From NCBI RefSeq assembly GCF_054482595.1, contig NZ_CM137008.1: DNA of 64,000 nucleotides, one strand, 5' to 3'. Position 1 is the first letter of the stretch, and each line of letters starts with the position of its first letter. Both the position numbers and the translations under genes were made by a program. Of the stretch, positions 35,227 to 44,717 are shown piece by piece. Under the pieces are notes generated by a model. It saw only the letters and a program-made list of their open reading frames with translations, ran no database searches and was not told the origin of the DNA.

Positions 35227-35664
35227 TCATCGAAGGCATTGCGTCCTGATGTATTCCTGCAGGTAGTCAACCTGCGCGGTTATCCTGTCGATTCCACTTC
35301 GGAGACGGTAATAATTGAGTTCAGCATCTGCTGTAAGTCTTGGGCTTTCTCCATTGCCCATGCCGCTGGCTCCGGTCGTTGACTTTGCACAGGTGGCGGC
35401 GACTTGCAGGCGCTTACGACCAGCAGAAACATCAGCACGGAGACTTTCGATAGTCGCGTTAGCATCAGCAAGCTCCTTTGTGTATCTGGCGTCAAGTTCT
35501 GCTACATCACGTTGACGCTTCTGCATGTCAGCGATTGTGGATGTGGCTTTATCACGTTGCTCTTTGTAGGCGATGGCGTTATCACGGTAATGATTAACAG
35601 CCCATGACAGGCAGACGATGATGCAGATAACCAGAGCGGAGATAATCGCGGTTACTCTGCTCAT
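35227..35664 (-). CDS. Rz: i-spanin Rz (145 aa)
   Basis: [31 protein letters not shown]... N-terminal TM plus coiled coil, lambda Rz-like. Confidence 0.88.
   Translation of the reverse strand: MSRVTAIISALVICIIVCLSWAVNHYRDNAIAYKEQRDKATSTIADMQKRQRDVAELDARYTKELADANATIESLRADVSAGRKRLQVAATCAKSTTGASGMGNGESPRLTADAELNYYRLRSGIDRITAQVDYLQEYIRTQCLR
35280..35465 (-). CDS. Rz1: o-spanin Rz1 lipoprotein (61 aa), embedded in Rz in +1 frame
   Basis: [20 protein letters not shown] lipobox followed by Pro-rich segment; fully inside Rz. Confidence 0.8.
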   Translation of the reverse strand: MLTRLSKVSVLMFLLVVSACKSPPPVQSQRPEPAAWAMEKAQDLQQMLNSIITVSEVESTG

Positions 35665-36137
35665 ACCTCAATCTCTCTGACCGTTCCGCCTGCTTCTTTG
35701 AATTTTGCAATCAGGTTGTCAGCCTTATGCTCGAACTGACCATAACCAGCACCCGGCAACGAAGCCCAGATATTGCTGCAACGGTCGATTGCCTGACGGA
35801 TGTCACCGCGATCAATCATCGGTAAAGCGCCACGCTCTTTAATCTGTTGCAATGCCACAGCGTCCTGGCTTTTGGGAGAGAAGTCTTTCAGGCCAAGTTG
35901 CTTGCGGTAGGCATCCCACCAACGTGAAAGAAGCTGGTAACGTCCGGCGGCTGTTGATTTGAGCTTTGGGTTTAGCGTGACACGTTTGCGAGGGTGATCG
36001 GAGTAATCAGTGAATAGCTCTCCGCCAACAATGACGTCATAACCATGATTTCTGGTTTTCTGACGTCCGTTATCAGTTCCCTCCGACCACGCCAGCATAT
36101 CGAGGAACGCCTTACGTTGATTATTGATTTCCACCAT
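35661..36137 (-). CDS. R: Endolysin R, lambda-type lytic transglycosylase (158 aa)
   Basis: [51 protein letters not shown]... near-identical to lambda R as recalled. Confidence 0.93.
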   Translation of the reverse strand: MVEINNQRKAFLDMLAWSEGTDNGRQKTRNHGYDVIVGGELFTDYSDHPRKRVTLNPKLKSTAAGRYQLLSRWWDAYRKQLGLKDFSPKSQDAVALQQIKERGALPMIDRGDIRQAIDRCSNIWASLPGAGYGQFEHKADNLIAKFKEAGGTVREIEV

Positions 36138-36444
36138 CTTCTACTCCGGCTTTTTTAGCAGCGAAGCGTTTGATAAGCGAACCTATCGAGTCAGTACCGA
36201 TGTAGCCGATAAACACGCTCGTTATATAAGCGAGATTGCTACTTAGTCCGGCGAAGTCGAGAAGGTCACGAATGAACCAGGCGATAATGGCGCACATCGT
36301 TGCGTCGATTACTGTTTTTGTAAACGCACCGCCATTATATCTGCCGCGAAGGTACGCCATTGCAAACGCAAGGATTGCCCCGATGCCTTGTTCCTTTGCC
36401 GCGAGAATGGCGGCTAACAGGTCATGTTTTTCTGGCATCTTCAT
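36121..36444 (-). CDS. S: Holin S, lambda-type with dual start (107 aa)
   Basis: [64 protein letters not shown] matches lambda S105/S107. Confidence 0.93.
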   Translation of the reverse strand: MKMPEKHDLLAAILAAKEQGIGAILAFAMAYLRGRYNGGAFTKTVIDATMCAIIAWFIRDLLDFAGLSSNLAYITSVFIGYIGTDSIGSLIKRFAAKKAGVEDGGNQ

Positions 36445-36689
36445 GTCTTACCCCCAATAAGGGGATTTGCTCTATTTAATTAGGAATAAGGTCGATTACT
36501 GATAGAACAAATCCAGGCTACTGTGTTTAGTAATCAGATTTGTTCGTGACCGATATGCACGGGCAAAACGGCATGAGGTTGTTAGCGCAGCCTCTTGCCA
36601 CCCGCTTTCACGAAGGTCATGTGTAGAAGGCCGCAGCATAACTATCACTGATGAATTCAGGACAGCTAGTGGCTACGGCTCAGTTTGGG

Positions 36690-36761
36690 TTGTGGCGGCC
36701 GGAATCGAACCGGCTTCCATCGGTGCGCTGCCGATTGCAGTACGCGCGGCGGTCAGCTACA
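36690..36761 (-). ncRNA. tRNA-like remnant (intact T-arm and anticodon-arm-like hairpin; degenerate acceptor and D stems)
   Basis: minus strand GCCGG-TTCGATT-CCGGC T-arm; ATCGG-CAGCGCA-CCGAT hairpin; acceptor pairs 5 of 7; position 33 is A not U. Confidence 0.3.
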
Positions 36762-36980
36762 TGACTAGTATTTTCACTATCGCCTATCTGCTAGCTCGCC
36801 ATTGAGCTTCACCACAACGATAAGAGCACTGCGCGGCACCTTTCACCAATTCCGCGAGGTCTGCGGGTTCAATGCTCTTACCTGTTGTGCAAATAAAAAA
36901 GCCACCGTTGCAACTTAAGAGTCACTAACGGCAGCTTATGCGAATAGTGTTGCTCATTTGTTCAATGATGTCAACACGTT

Positions 36981-37469
36981 CTATGCTACATGTTTAATTT
37001 TCTCTACACGTTTCCGGTTTTTAAACGCACTATCCAGAACTGGGTAAATCATAAACAACGAAGCATTGAGGATTTCGTCAACTTCCCGGCGACAGGTTGC
37101 GAGCGATGGTTTTTGAATACGCCCGCCGCCCCGGCATAACATCTTGCGAGGTCTTGCGACACGATGATAGTAAGATGCAATGGCATGCTTGGAAGATCCA
37201 TGAGCGTAGTAGCTGAGGAGGATGCCAAAGGCTTTCTTGTCAATGCACATGACGGAATCGACGACCTGAGAAATCAACATTCCATCATCATCATTACACA
37301 TTGGCCTTGTCATAACTCTTCCCGGCTCTACGCTCTCCATGAACTTCGCTATTACGCTGCTCATGCGCTTTTCCAGGCGACCTGAATAAACCCATGCGCC
37401 CCACAGTTCAAGCCAGCCATTCAGCCACTCGTGCTGTTCTTTGGTGAGGTTTAGTTCTCTTATGCTCAT
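36981..37469 (-). CDS. Q: Late-gene antiterminator Q (162 aa, short Q21-like type)
   Basis: Position after ninH and upstream of the S holin with a 536-bp pR'/qut-type gap; Cys/His-containing translation. Confidence 0.6.
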   Translation of the reverse strand: MSIRELNLTKEQHEWLNGWLELWGAWVYSGRLEKRMSSVIAKFMESVEPGRVMTRPMCNDDDGMLISQVVDSVMCIDKKAFGILLSYYAHGSSKHAIASYYHRVARPRKMLCRGGGRIQKPSLATCRREVDEILNASLFMIYPVLDSAFKNRKRVEKIKHVA

Positions 37470-37654
37470 CGCCTTCCCCTCTTGCCCTGTTTGACCATCA
37501 GGACGCCGTTAACTATTACGTGACGCTCACCTTTGCTGTCTCGGTTGTACTTGAGCACTGTTCCTCTTGCACAGGAAAGCATCCTTGCCACTTCGGTCTG
37601 ATTGCCTCGTGTCTGGATAAGAAGCTCTGGTATCGTTTGAATTGTGGCGTTCAT
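37466..37654 (-). CDS. ninH: NinH-like protein (62 aa)
   Basis: MNATIQTIPELLIQTRGNQTEVARMLSCARGTVLKYNRDSKGERHVIVNGVLMV parallels lambda NinH (recalled). Confidence 0.75.
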   Translation of the reverse strand: MNATIQTIPELLIQTRGNQTEVARMLSCARGTVLKYNRDSKGERHVIVNGVLMVKQGKRGRR

Positions 37655-38013
37655 ACGTTCTCCAGTTCGGTGATTTTTATTCCAAGCCTTCCGCCTGGTA
37701 CTTTCACACCACGAATTACGCGAATGTCATCGAATTGCTCGTCGTCTTCCGCAAATCCGGCGTGGATAAGGGAGTCGAGTAAACCCTTCAGGATGTTATC
37801 GAGGTCGCGGCGGCGGGAGTCTGGAACGTCTGCGATGACTTTGATGCGGAGTCGTGATTTGGTGAAAATGTCTAACTTGAGTTGGCGGATGATTTGCTGA
37901 ACGTCTTTTCGGTATTTCTGGCCTTTATCGCTGATGTAGTATTGGCTTCCCCGTCTTCGCCAGTAGGTGTTCACCGACGGCGGGTAAGGAAGCACAAACT
38001 GATATTCGTTCAT
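37651..38013 (-). CDS. rusA: Holliday junction resolvase RusA (120 aa)
   Basis: LPYPPSVNTYW...DVPDSRRRDLDNILKGLLDSL...RLGIKITE matches RusA family motifs. Confidence 0.85.
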   Translation of the reverse strand: MNEYQFVLPYPPSVNTYWRRRGSQYYISDKGQKYRKDVQQIIRQLKLDIFTKSRLRIKVIADVPDSRRRDLDNILKGLLDSLIHAGFAEDDEQFDDIRVIRGVKVPGGRLGIKITELENV

Positions 38014-38300
38014 GACTTAATCTTCCCCTCCTTCAGCAGTATCGCCTGCGTCCTGATTACGCCTTCGAGGTGGTAAAGTCTGGCGTCTTTGTTGTCGAGA
38101 TTATGGGTGCGTCGGTCGATCTCCGCGTGGCAGTCACTACAAGCCCATGCGCCGATCAGGTCGTCAGGCTTCATTCCCGTTCCGCAAATTCCAGCCATCC
38201 GGTAATGTGCCAGAACTGTAGTTTCAGGGTTGCCATTGCATACGCCGTAAATACGTACCTGACATTCTCTTCCGCGCGCTTCTTTGCGTAGGTTAGCCAT
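38010..38300 (-). CDS. DUF1364-family protein (YbcO-like, 96 aa)
   Basis: Cys-rich 96-aa protein immediately upstream of rusA, as in DLP12-type nin regions. Confidence 0.6.
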   Translation of the reverse strand: MANLRKEARGRECQVRIYGVCNGNPETTVLAHYRMAGICGTGMKPDDLIGAWACSDCHAEIDRRTHNLDNKDARLYHLEGVIRTQAILLKEGKIKS

Positions 38301-39022
38301 TAAGCAGCCTCCCCTGTTACTTTCAGCATTCCGTTATCGAGCAGCTTTCTGGTCAGCCACTGTTGACCACGCCCGGTGATTTTTGTGGTAAACGATATCT
38401 GTATTCCGTGATTTGTGTTGACCGCTGTTTCTTTCACTGTGAAATAGCCGCGATCCATATATTCCTGCATTGGCACATTGCGCCGGGAACCTGAAGCAAT
38501 AAGGATTTTGTGATCGCGCATCCATGCAAACAGTTTGTTTGGACCAATACCAACAACCTTTGCATAGTTTCCAATCAAAATTCCGCTGGCCTCGCCAACT
38601 CGATCGGCAAACTCAACTTTAGGTGCGGCAATTGCGAGCTGGTTTTCCAGTTGCATTTTCTGCTCAGCAAGATCAGCAGCAAGGCGCAACGCTTCCGGTA
38701 ACGTTTTGGGGATATTAACCGCAGTTTCTTCAAGCTCTCGCCAACGGTCAACAAGACGAGCGGTGAATTCCGGCGACAACTGGGCTACAACGACAATACT
38801 GTCTCGCTTTCCTTGTTCGCCTTCGAAGACGTAAGCCTCGACACTACGGCGCAGCCCTAAGTTATTGATTTTTTCGAAAACCTGCAATGCAGGAAGTTGA
38901 ATAACTCCAGATTTAGCCAGGCGCTCTATTGATATTTTTACGTTATCTGGACGACTTCCCACCAACTCAGCGATTTCAATGCTTGTCATTTTGATGGCAT
39001 TGCCATTTATTAACTCATTCAT
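38300..39022 (-). CDS. Rha-family phage regulatory protein with KilA-C-like C-terminal domain (240 aa)
   Basis: N-terminus MTSIEIAELVGSRPDNVKISIERL (Rha/ORF6N-like) and C-terminal KilA-C-like region. Confidence 0.65.
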   Translation of the reverse strand: MNELINGNAIKMTSIEIAELVGSRPDNVKISIERLAKSGVIQLPALQVFEKINNLGLRRSVEAYVFEGEQGKRDSIVVVAQLSPEFTARLVDRWRELEETAVNIPKTLPEALRLAADLAEQKMQLENQLAIAAPKVEFADRVGEASGILIGNYAKVVGIGPNKLFAWMRDHKILIASGSRRNVPMQEYMDRGYFTVKETAVNTNHGIQISFTTKITGRGQQWLTRKLLDNGMLKVTGEAA

Positions 39023-39191
39023 CGTCTTCTTCCTCGTACATTGAGCTATTCGGATCGCTCATCAGTTCTGCGCAGCAGTGCTTACACACGTGAACTTCCA
39101 GCACATGCAGCTTCTGACCGCAGTTAGCGCACGTTAAAGCTCGCTCGACGCTTTCTTTCTGGTATTGAAGGGATTGGGATGGGCTAAGCAT
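39015..39191 (-). CDS. ninF: NinF-like zinc-ribbon protein (58 aa)
   Basis: [43 protein letters not shown]...; start overlaps upstream stop (TAATG); below ORF-track size cut-off, found by manual translation. Confidence 0.6.
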   Translation of the reverse strand: MLSPSQSLQYQKESVERALTCANCGQKLHVLEVHVCKHCCAELMSDPNSSMYEEEDDE

Positions 39192-39568
39192 TATTGGATT
39201 CTCTGCATCATGAGAAAGACAATCATGGCGGCGCGGAGAGGTCTGGTATCAAATATTGGGCTTACACCTTTTGCATCCACACACCATTCAGTTAACTGGT
39301 CTAAGATAGAAATCCGGTATTTCTCAATAATCGGCCATGAGGCGCTCGGATCATTGCAGTAGTCAGGTAAAGGGTTTAATGGCTCAAGACTTGTATCAGA
39401 ATTTCCGTAATACCATTTATTGGTGTTATTCCCTGATGTTTCCGGTTTACATGCCCAAAGGCCTTTAAAAATTATGTCTCCTACCATTCTGTTAATTTCA
39501 AAATCACTTAACTGTGAATAATCCATTGTCATTTCCTCGCACGATGTATTAGCCACCGGATATCCCAC
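39191..39568 (-). CDS. Hypothetical nin-region protein (up to 125 aa; start uncertain)
   Basis: ORF between ninC-like and ninF; no recognised motif. Confidence 0.45.
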   Translation of the reverse strand: MGYPVANTSCEEMTMDYSQLSDFEINRMVGDIIFKGLWACKPETSGNNTNKWYYGNSDTSLEPLNPLPDYCNDPSASWPIIEKYRISILDQLTEWCVDAKGVSPIFDTRPLRAAMIVFLMMQRIQ

Positions 39569-39701
39569 AGGTGAGCCGTGTAGTTGAATGTTTTTACGTC
39601 AGATTCTTTTGGGATTGGCTTGGGTTTATTTCTGGAGCGTTTCGTTGGAAGGTATTTGCAGTTTTCACAGATTATGTCGGTGATGCTTCGTCGCTGTCGT
39701 C

Positions 39702-40547
39702 TCATGCCGCATCCTCAAAATTAAATCCAAGCTGACATGAAAATGCTTCACATGATTCAGAACACGAACCTGAATCATACTGTCGCATTGATGTCATTCT
39801 TGAGGCTAACTCATCTCTTGATATATCACTAAACAAGGCAATCAGTGATTTAAGTGTATTATTCCCTCGATACATAACCGGTTCCTTTCCTGTTTTTATT
39901 TCTGTATCAAGGATGTTGATAAATGCATCTGCAAGTTCTGGCTCATCCATGGCTGCCAGCGCAACCTTTTGCATACTTTTTTTTATACAGAAAACACAAT
40001 TACCAAGATGCTCCTGTATGCCAAGATCAAACTTCTGCCCACTCCACCAATCAAGCACATCCTGTTTTTCAAAATCGCTTATATCAGCCAGGTACCGAAA
40101 ACCATTAGCCCTTTTAAGCCTGTTTGGTTCATCTGTGCGAATGCCAAGCCATGTGATGTAATTTCCTTTCCCAAACTTTTCCTGACAATATTTGGTGAAT
40201 GGAACAGACTTCATTCTGTCGGTACAGAACGCACCGCCGATATATGGATGTCCGTATTTATTTAACATCCTTTTCCACGGTATAAGATCTGGACCAATAT
40301 CATTGACACCTATCTCTTCATAACTACTGGCCTTCCCCATTTCTGGATTAGGTATTACACGAAGGCAATGTAAGTCTATTTTCCAGTTACTGACGATATT
40401 TCGGATGAACTCATATGTTTTAGGGTGCTCTGCCCCTGTATCCATGAAAACGTAATGCACGTCTTCACCTGACTGTCGCTTTTGCTCCATTAGCCAGAGC
40501 AAATATGCTGACGTCCTGCCACCTGAGAAACTAACGACATTTACCAT
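39702..40547 (-). CDS. PAPS reductase-like protein (NinC/Orf290 family, 281 aa)
   Basis: ORF trimmed to [22 protein letters not shown] (SGGxxS PP-loop-type motif). Confidence 0.7.
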   Translation of the reverse strand: MVNVVSFSGGRTSAYLLWLMEQKRQSGEDVHYVFMDTGAEHPKTYEFIRNIVSNWKIDLHCLRVIPNPEMGKASSYEEIGVNDIGPDLIPWKRMLNKYGHPYIGGAFCTDRMKSVPFTKYCQEKFGKGNYITWLGIRTDEPNRLKRANGFRYLADISDFEKQDVLDWWSGQKFDLGIQEHLGNCVFCIKKSMQKVALAAMDEPELADAFINILDTEIKTGKEPVMYRGNNTLKSLIALFSDISRDELASRMTSMRQYDSGSCSESCEAFSCQLGFNFEDAA

Positions 40548-41071
40548 GCAGCCCTCCTGACGCCCTGCCCGATCGCCATCAATGCCGCTTTGGATACGGT
40601 AGTAAACATCCGTCGAGGACTGATGAACGGTCGCCAAATCAGCAGCATGGAGCCTTTGCTGTTTCCCTTCTTCTCCAGCCCTGTCGATGGTTCGATAAAA
40701 TTAATCCGTCCATCAGTGATGATGCGAACTTCGTCAATACTCTCCAGAGCCTTGCTGAACCATCCGACAGACATATCCTCTGGCACAAGCATCACTACCG
40801 TCTGTCGCTGTTGTATGCACTGCTCAGCGGCTTTTTCCACCCACGGCCTGATATTGCTGTACGGTGGGTTATTCCAGATTGCACCGTGGCTTATCCACTC
40901 AGAATTTAGCGCGTCGTCGGCCTCAGTTAACCAGTGAGCGCACAGAGCATTTTTGTCGCTCGCTGCCGAATCCAGCCAGAATCCAAACTCAATATCCAGT
41001 GCATCAAAAAGCCAAAGCGGCGTTTGCCAGCAGTCCTTGTCGTGTGCTGGCGTATTTGATTTGATAGTCAT
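40541..41071 (-). CDS. Phage DNA N6-adenine methyltransferase (Dam family, 176 aa)
   Basis: ORF trimmed to MTIKSNTPAHDKDCWQTPLWLFDAL...; catalytic NPPY motif; start overlaps ninB stop (ATGA). Confidence 0.75.
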   Translation of the reverse strand: MTIKSNTPAHDKDCWQTPLWLFDALDIEFGFWLDSAASDKNALCAHWLTEADDALNSEWISHGAIWNNPPYSNIRPWVEKAAEQCIQQRQTVVMLVPEDMSVGWFSKALESIDEVRIITDGRINFIEPSTGLEKKGNSKGSMLLIWRPFISPRRMFTTVSKAALMAIGQGVRRAAW

Positions 41072-41508
41072 GCAGCCCGATCTCCCCATCTCGCTTTCCA
41101 CTCCAGAGCCAGTCTCGCTTCGTCTGACCACTTAACGCCACGCTCTGTACCGAATGCCTGTATAAGCTCTAATAGCTCCGCAAATTCGCCTACACGCATC
41201 CTGCTGGTTGACTGGCCTATTACCACAAAGCCATTCCCGGCAAGGTTAGGAACAACATCCTGCTGCTTTAATGCTGCGGTAAACACACACTTCCAGCTTT
41301 CTGCATCCAGCCAGCGACCATGCCATTCAACCTGACGAGAGACGTCACCAAGGCAAGCCCAAAGCTTTCGATTCTGGTCTAAGCTGCGGTTGCGTTCCTG
41401 AATGGTTACTACGATTGGTTTGGTTGGGTCTGGAAGAATTTGCTGTACCGCGTGAATAGCGTTTTGCTGATGTGCTGGAGATCGAATTTCAAAGGTTAGT
41501 TTTTTCAT
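41068..41508 (-). CDS. ninB: NinB (Orf-family recombination mediator, 146 aa)
   Basis: MKKLTFEIRSPAHQQNAIHAVQQILPDPTKPIVVTIQERNRSLDQNRKLWACLGDVSRQVEWHGRW... matches lambda NinB as recalled. Confidence 0.88.
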   Translation of the reverse strand: MKKLTFEIRSPAHQQNAIHAVQQILPDPTKPIVVTIQERNRSLDQNRKLWACLGDVSRQVEWHGRWLDAESWKCVFTAALKQQDVVPNLAGNGFVVIGQSTSRMRVGEFAELLELIQAFGTERGVKWSDEARLALEWKARWGDRAA

Positions 41509-41584
41509 GACTTCCCTCTCCCCCAAATAAAAAGGCCTGCGATTACCAGCAGGCCTGTTATTAGCTCAGTGATGTAGATGGTCA

Positions 41585-43021
41585 TCAGAATCCTCCTTTC
41601 TTCTTGGACTGCGGTTCCTCGCGTTCACGTCGGCGCATTTCAGCAGACTGTTGGTCTGTGTCATAAATAGCGCCATTTGCCTGAATGCAATACACCGTGC
41701 CGGTATTGCCATGACGATTGAGACGAAGGATTAGTTCGGTTTCACCAGGCGGAACACTGTCATCAAAAGCACCTTCACGATGGATCCCCACCCAATAATC
41801 GCAATCCTGTTCAATCTGCCCTGTATCGCGCGAGTCACTTGGTAATGGGCGTTTATTGGTTCGGCTTTCCAGTGCGCGGTTAAGCTGCGTCAGAAGCACA
41901 ACAACGCAATCAAGCTCTTTGGCAAGGTTCTTCAGTCCTTTGGTGATCATGCCGTAAGCAAGGTCGTTGCGATCGGCCTTCTCAGCGGTCATTAGTGTCA
42001 GGTAATCGACCAGAATCATGCCAACACATCCTTTTTCTCGCTTGATTCGACGGCTTTCGCTGACGATTTGAGCCAGAGATAATCCCGGCGTGTCGTCGAT
42101 GTAAAGCAGGTCGATTTCACTCAAGCGATTGGCTGTTTCGATCGCCCTGTTGAAGTCACCATCGTAATCACCCTGATAGCCGTCATCAGCGTCATTTGTC
42201 GCCGGAAGGTAAAAAATATTCGGGTTAACACCTGACTTCTGTCCCACCAGTTTTTCCAGTATCTGGTCACCTGGCATTTCAAGGCTGAACATCAGAGCGG
42301 GCTTTTTCTCATGCACTGCGCAGTTGATTGCCATCTGGCTGTATAGCGTCGTTTTCCCCATCTTAGGGCGAGCGCCAATGACAAACAGAGAGCCTTTCAC
42401 CAGACCTTTCGGTGACAGCATCCTGTCCAGCGATGGGATCCCTGTGCTCATTCCCCGTTGTTCGCCTGATGGGTCAAATCGCTTCTCAAGGTCGCTAACC
42501 CAGTCTTCCATGACCTCACCAAATGAACGAAGGCCGCGACGCGATCCGGTTTTTGCATGGTCTGTCAGTTGCGTGAAAATCGACTGAATAGCTTCGTACT
42601 TCTGCGTTGCAGTCATTCCGTTGCGGGAATAGAGCAATTCCGTCGCTTCAGTCATGCGGTTGATGGCGTAGCGTTCCATTGCGGTTTCACGAACCTGCAT
42701 TGCATAGGCAACGATGTTTGCGGCGCTTGGCGTGTTCTTTGCGATCTCAGCGATATAAGCAAAACCGCCAACAGACGCCGTTAACGATTTACGCTCCAGT
42801 TCATCGAAAAGCGTCAGGCCATCTACTGGCTTTTGCTCCCGGTGCATTCTGGTTATTTCTTCGAAAAGGATTTTGTGTGGCCGGCTGTAAAATGAGTCAG
42901 GCTTCAGCATCGCCAGAACTTTCTGGACGCGCTCACTGCTGTCATCATCCAGAAGCAATCCACCAATCACCGCCTGCTCTGCCTCGATGCTATGGGGCGG
43001 CGCATAAAAATTATCGGTCAT
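41585..43021 (-). CDS. Replicative DNA helicase, DnaB-type (P22 gene 12-like, 478 aa)
   Basis: ORF trimmed to MTDNFYAPPHSIEAEQAVIGGLLLD (DnaB N-terminal signature); Walker A GARPKMGKT. Confidence 0.88.
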   Translation of the reverse strand: MTDNFYAPPHSIEAEQAVIGGLLLDDDSSERVQKVLAMLKPDSFYSRPHKILFEEITRMHREQKPVDGLTLFDELERKSLTASVGGFAYIAEIAKNTPSAANIVAYAMQVRETAMERYAINRMTEATELLYSRNGMTATQKYEAIQSIFTQLTDHAKTGSRRGLRSFGEVMEDWVSDLEKRFDPSGEQRGMSTGIPSLDRMLSPKGLVKGSLFVIGARPKMGKTTLYSQMAINCAVHEKKPALMFSLEMPGDQILEKLVGQKSGVNPNIFYLPATNDADDGYQGDYDGDFNRAIETANRLSEIDLLYIDDTPGLSLAQIVSESRRIKREKGCVGMILVDYLTLMTAEKADRNDLAYGMITKGLKNLAKELDCVVVLLTQLNRALESRTNKRPLPSDSRDTGQIEQDCDYWVGIHREGAFDDSVPPGETELILRLNRHGNTGTVYCIQANGAIYDTDQQSAEMRRREREEPQSKKKGGF

Positions 43022-43901
43022 CGTGTTCACCCTCACGAACTTTCAGGTAGGTATTGTCGTTAAGCAGGAAATCAAATCCCTTTTTGTGCCAGACGGTTCC
43101 GCGTTGATGGTTTGGACGCTCTTCGAACATCCATCGGCAATTTTCGCCTACGTAGCTCAAATAATTTCTCCAGTCCTGCATCGTGAACCCATGCCCGTCA
43201 AGCTGGCGGGTTATCACTCCGGCTTTGCGCCAGAACGTTCGGATCTGGTTTTTACGCTTGTCATTCAGTGCGCGGATTCTTGGCGCTTCAGGAAGGATTT
43301 CGTGGTAAGCATCGACAACATCCTGACAGCTGACGGAAGGTTTTTTCTTGTCAGACTTTTTGTCTGCTGTGGCACTCTCTAATACGTCAGTATTAGAGAT
43401 ATTATTTATATTATTGTTTATGGACAACCGTTGGACAACCGTTGGACAATCTCCGCTGAGAGCCGCACCATTACTGGTGTTTGCGTTGGACAACTGTTGG
43501 ACAACCGTTGGACAATTTTTTGCCTGAAAATCGTCATATTTAACGATTGTAAACAGGCTAAATTTCTTCCCCATCGAGCAAATATTAAGCATACCTTTCG
43601 ACTCAAAAGTCCGTAATAAGCTCCGAACTTTGTTGTCGGGGATGAATGTTTCTCTGACCAGCGACGGGCGTCCAGTTATCATCTGACCGCGATCAACAGT
43701 TATCGGACCGATATCCGTATTGACGACAGTAGATTCGTGATTAGCCTTGAGGATTAAGTGAAGCCAAAGATGTACTGCCTGAGAGTCCTTATAGAGCCTG
43801 CTGTCCATAAACTGGCGGTGTATAGAGACATACCCCATACTGGATGCCTCCTGATGTTGTACAGGGTTATGCCTGTAATCAGCTAACTTAACGACGCCCA
43901 T
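43011..43901 (-). CDS. O: Replication initiator O-type protein (296 aa)
   Basis: AGGAG RBS before ATG at 43901; gene contains iterons encoding repeated CPTVVQQLSN/CPTVVQRLS segments. Confidence 0.75.
   Translation of the reverse strand: MGVVKLADYRHNPVQHQEASSMGYVSIHRQFMDSRLYKDSQAVHLWLHLILKANHESTVVNTDIGPITVDRGQMITGRPSLVRETFIPDNKVRSLLRTFESKGMLNICSMGKKFSLFTIVKYDDFQAKNCPTVVQQLSNANTSNGAALSGDCPTVVQRLSINNNINNISNTDVLESATADKKSDKKKPSVSCQDVVDAYHEILPEAPRIRALNDKRKNQIRTFWRKAGVITRQLDGHGFTMQDWRNYLSYVGENCRWMFEERPNHQRGTVWHKKGFDFLLNDNTYLKVREGEHDDR
43419..43527. repeat. Phage origin of replication iterons inside O gene
   Basis: Six copies of CCGTTGGACAA-type units in two clusters (43423..43455 and 43484..43516) followed by an AT-rich stretch. 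Confidence 0.8.
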
Positions 43902-44083
43902 GTTTCACTCCTGCTTTGGCTAGTCTGTAAACACCAACAAGGCGCTCTGCGAACGCCCTGTTATTTGCTGCGGCTACCACTAATCCCTCAGGTGAATCAG
44001 GGTGTCGAATCTCTTCTTTTTCCTGGTATTTCTTACGACGTTTTGTCATAATTACTCCTGTGGATTGATCCAGTCTTTCTACA

Positions 44084-44362
44084 TCAGGCCTCGAAGAATT
44101 CGCCGTTCTTCGGGGCTTTTTCTTTTGTCAGCATTCTGGCTACTTTCTTAGCCAGTTCCGCCAACTCCTCGTCTTCAACACCCCATTCAAGAACAGCCAG
44201 AAGCATTCCCATTTTTGGGATGAAGCTGTCTTTCCATCGCGAAATTTGCGATTCATTAATCCCTAATGCATCAGCAACCTTTCGCTGACCACGTACAGCA
44301 ATTCGATTCAGGATGTTGCTTGTAATTGCATTCGCTTTCTTGCGAGTACTTGTAAGTTGCAT
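44084..44362 (-). CDS. cII: CII-type transcriptional activator (92 aa; start chosen downstream of nutR)
   Basis: ...RKVADALGINESQISRWKDSFIPKMGMLLAVLEWGVEDEELAELAKKVARMLT parallels lambda CII HTH and C-terminal region. Confidence 0.75.
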   Translation of the reverse strand: MQLTSTRKKANAITSNILNRIAVRGQRKVADALGINESQISRWKDSFIPKMGMLLAVLEWGVEDEELAELAKKVARMLTKEKAPKNGEFFEA

Positions 44363-44420
44363 ATGTAAGTATTTCCTTAACAAATAAGAAGTTATGCGCA
44401 TCAACTTATGCGCGTTGTAT

Positions 44421-44464
44421 TCCCGCATTTCGGCGGGAATGAGGACCATGACTGTTAAAGAGCG
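44421..44464 (-). promoter_or_regulatory. nutR (boxA + boxB) between cro and cII
   Basis: minus strand boxA CGCTCTTTAACA (44464..44453) then boxB hairpin TCCCGC-CGAAAT-GCGGGA (44438..44421). Confidence 0.7.
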
Positions 44465-44471
44465 GTGTTAC

Positions 44472-44696
44472 TTATGCTGCCTGATTCGGTTTTGGAAACA
44501 GGTGTGGCAAATCGGGGCGAATTTCGTAAGCCTTGATCTGCCCTCCAGTGGCGTTAACGATGGCGGTAACTTTCTCTGGAGAGACCAACCCGCCTTTCAG
44601 CCATTTGTGTACTGCTGGCTGCGTTACACCACACTTGTCGGCAAGACGCTTTTGGCTACCGACAATTTTCAAGGCTCGTTGAATTACTAAATTCAT
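44472..44696 (-). CDS. cro: Cro-type repressor (74 aa)
   Basis: ORF 44472..44717 trimmed to ATG at 44696 (AAGAGG 7 nt upstream); HTH QKRLADKCGVTQPAVHKWLKG. Confidence 0.75.
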   Translation of the reverse strand: MNLVIQRALKIVGSQKRLADKCGVTQPAVHKWLKGGLVSPEKVTAIVNATGGQIKAYEIRPDLPHLFPKPNQAA

Positions 44697-44717
44697 GAGC
44701 ATACCTCTTGTGGTCAT

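Noticed and set aside
36687-36765. Calling an intact tRNA gene
   Set aside because: Only the T-arm and one stem-loop are canonical; acceptor and D stems mispair and position 33 is not U. Reported only as a tRNA-like remnant.
36445-36980. Toxin or other cargo between Q and S (as in Stx phages)
   Set aside because: The interval is only 536 bp with no ORF of useful length; it holds the pR'/qut-type region and the tRNA-like remnant only.
43419-43527. Possible CRISPR-like repeat array
   Set aside because: Units are 11 bp, contiguous and lie inside the O coding frame; these are replication-origin iterons. No CRISPR array was seen anywhere in the window.
43902-44083. Possible ~53-aa basic ORF on the minus strand between cII and O
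   Set aside because: My manual frame check did not close consistently (coordinates off by one); left unannotated pending computational translation.
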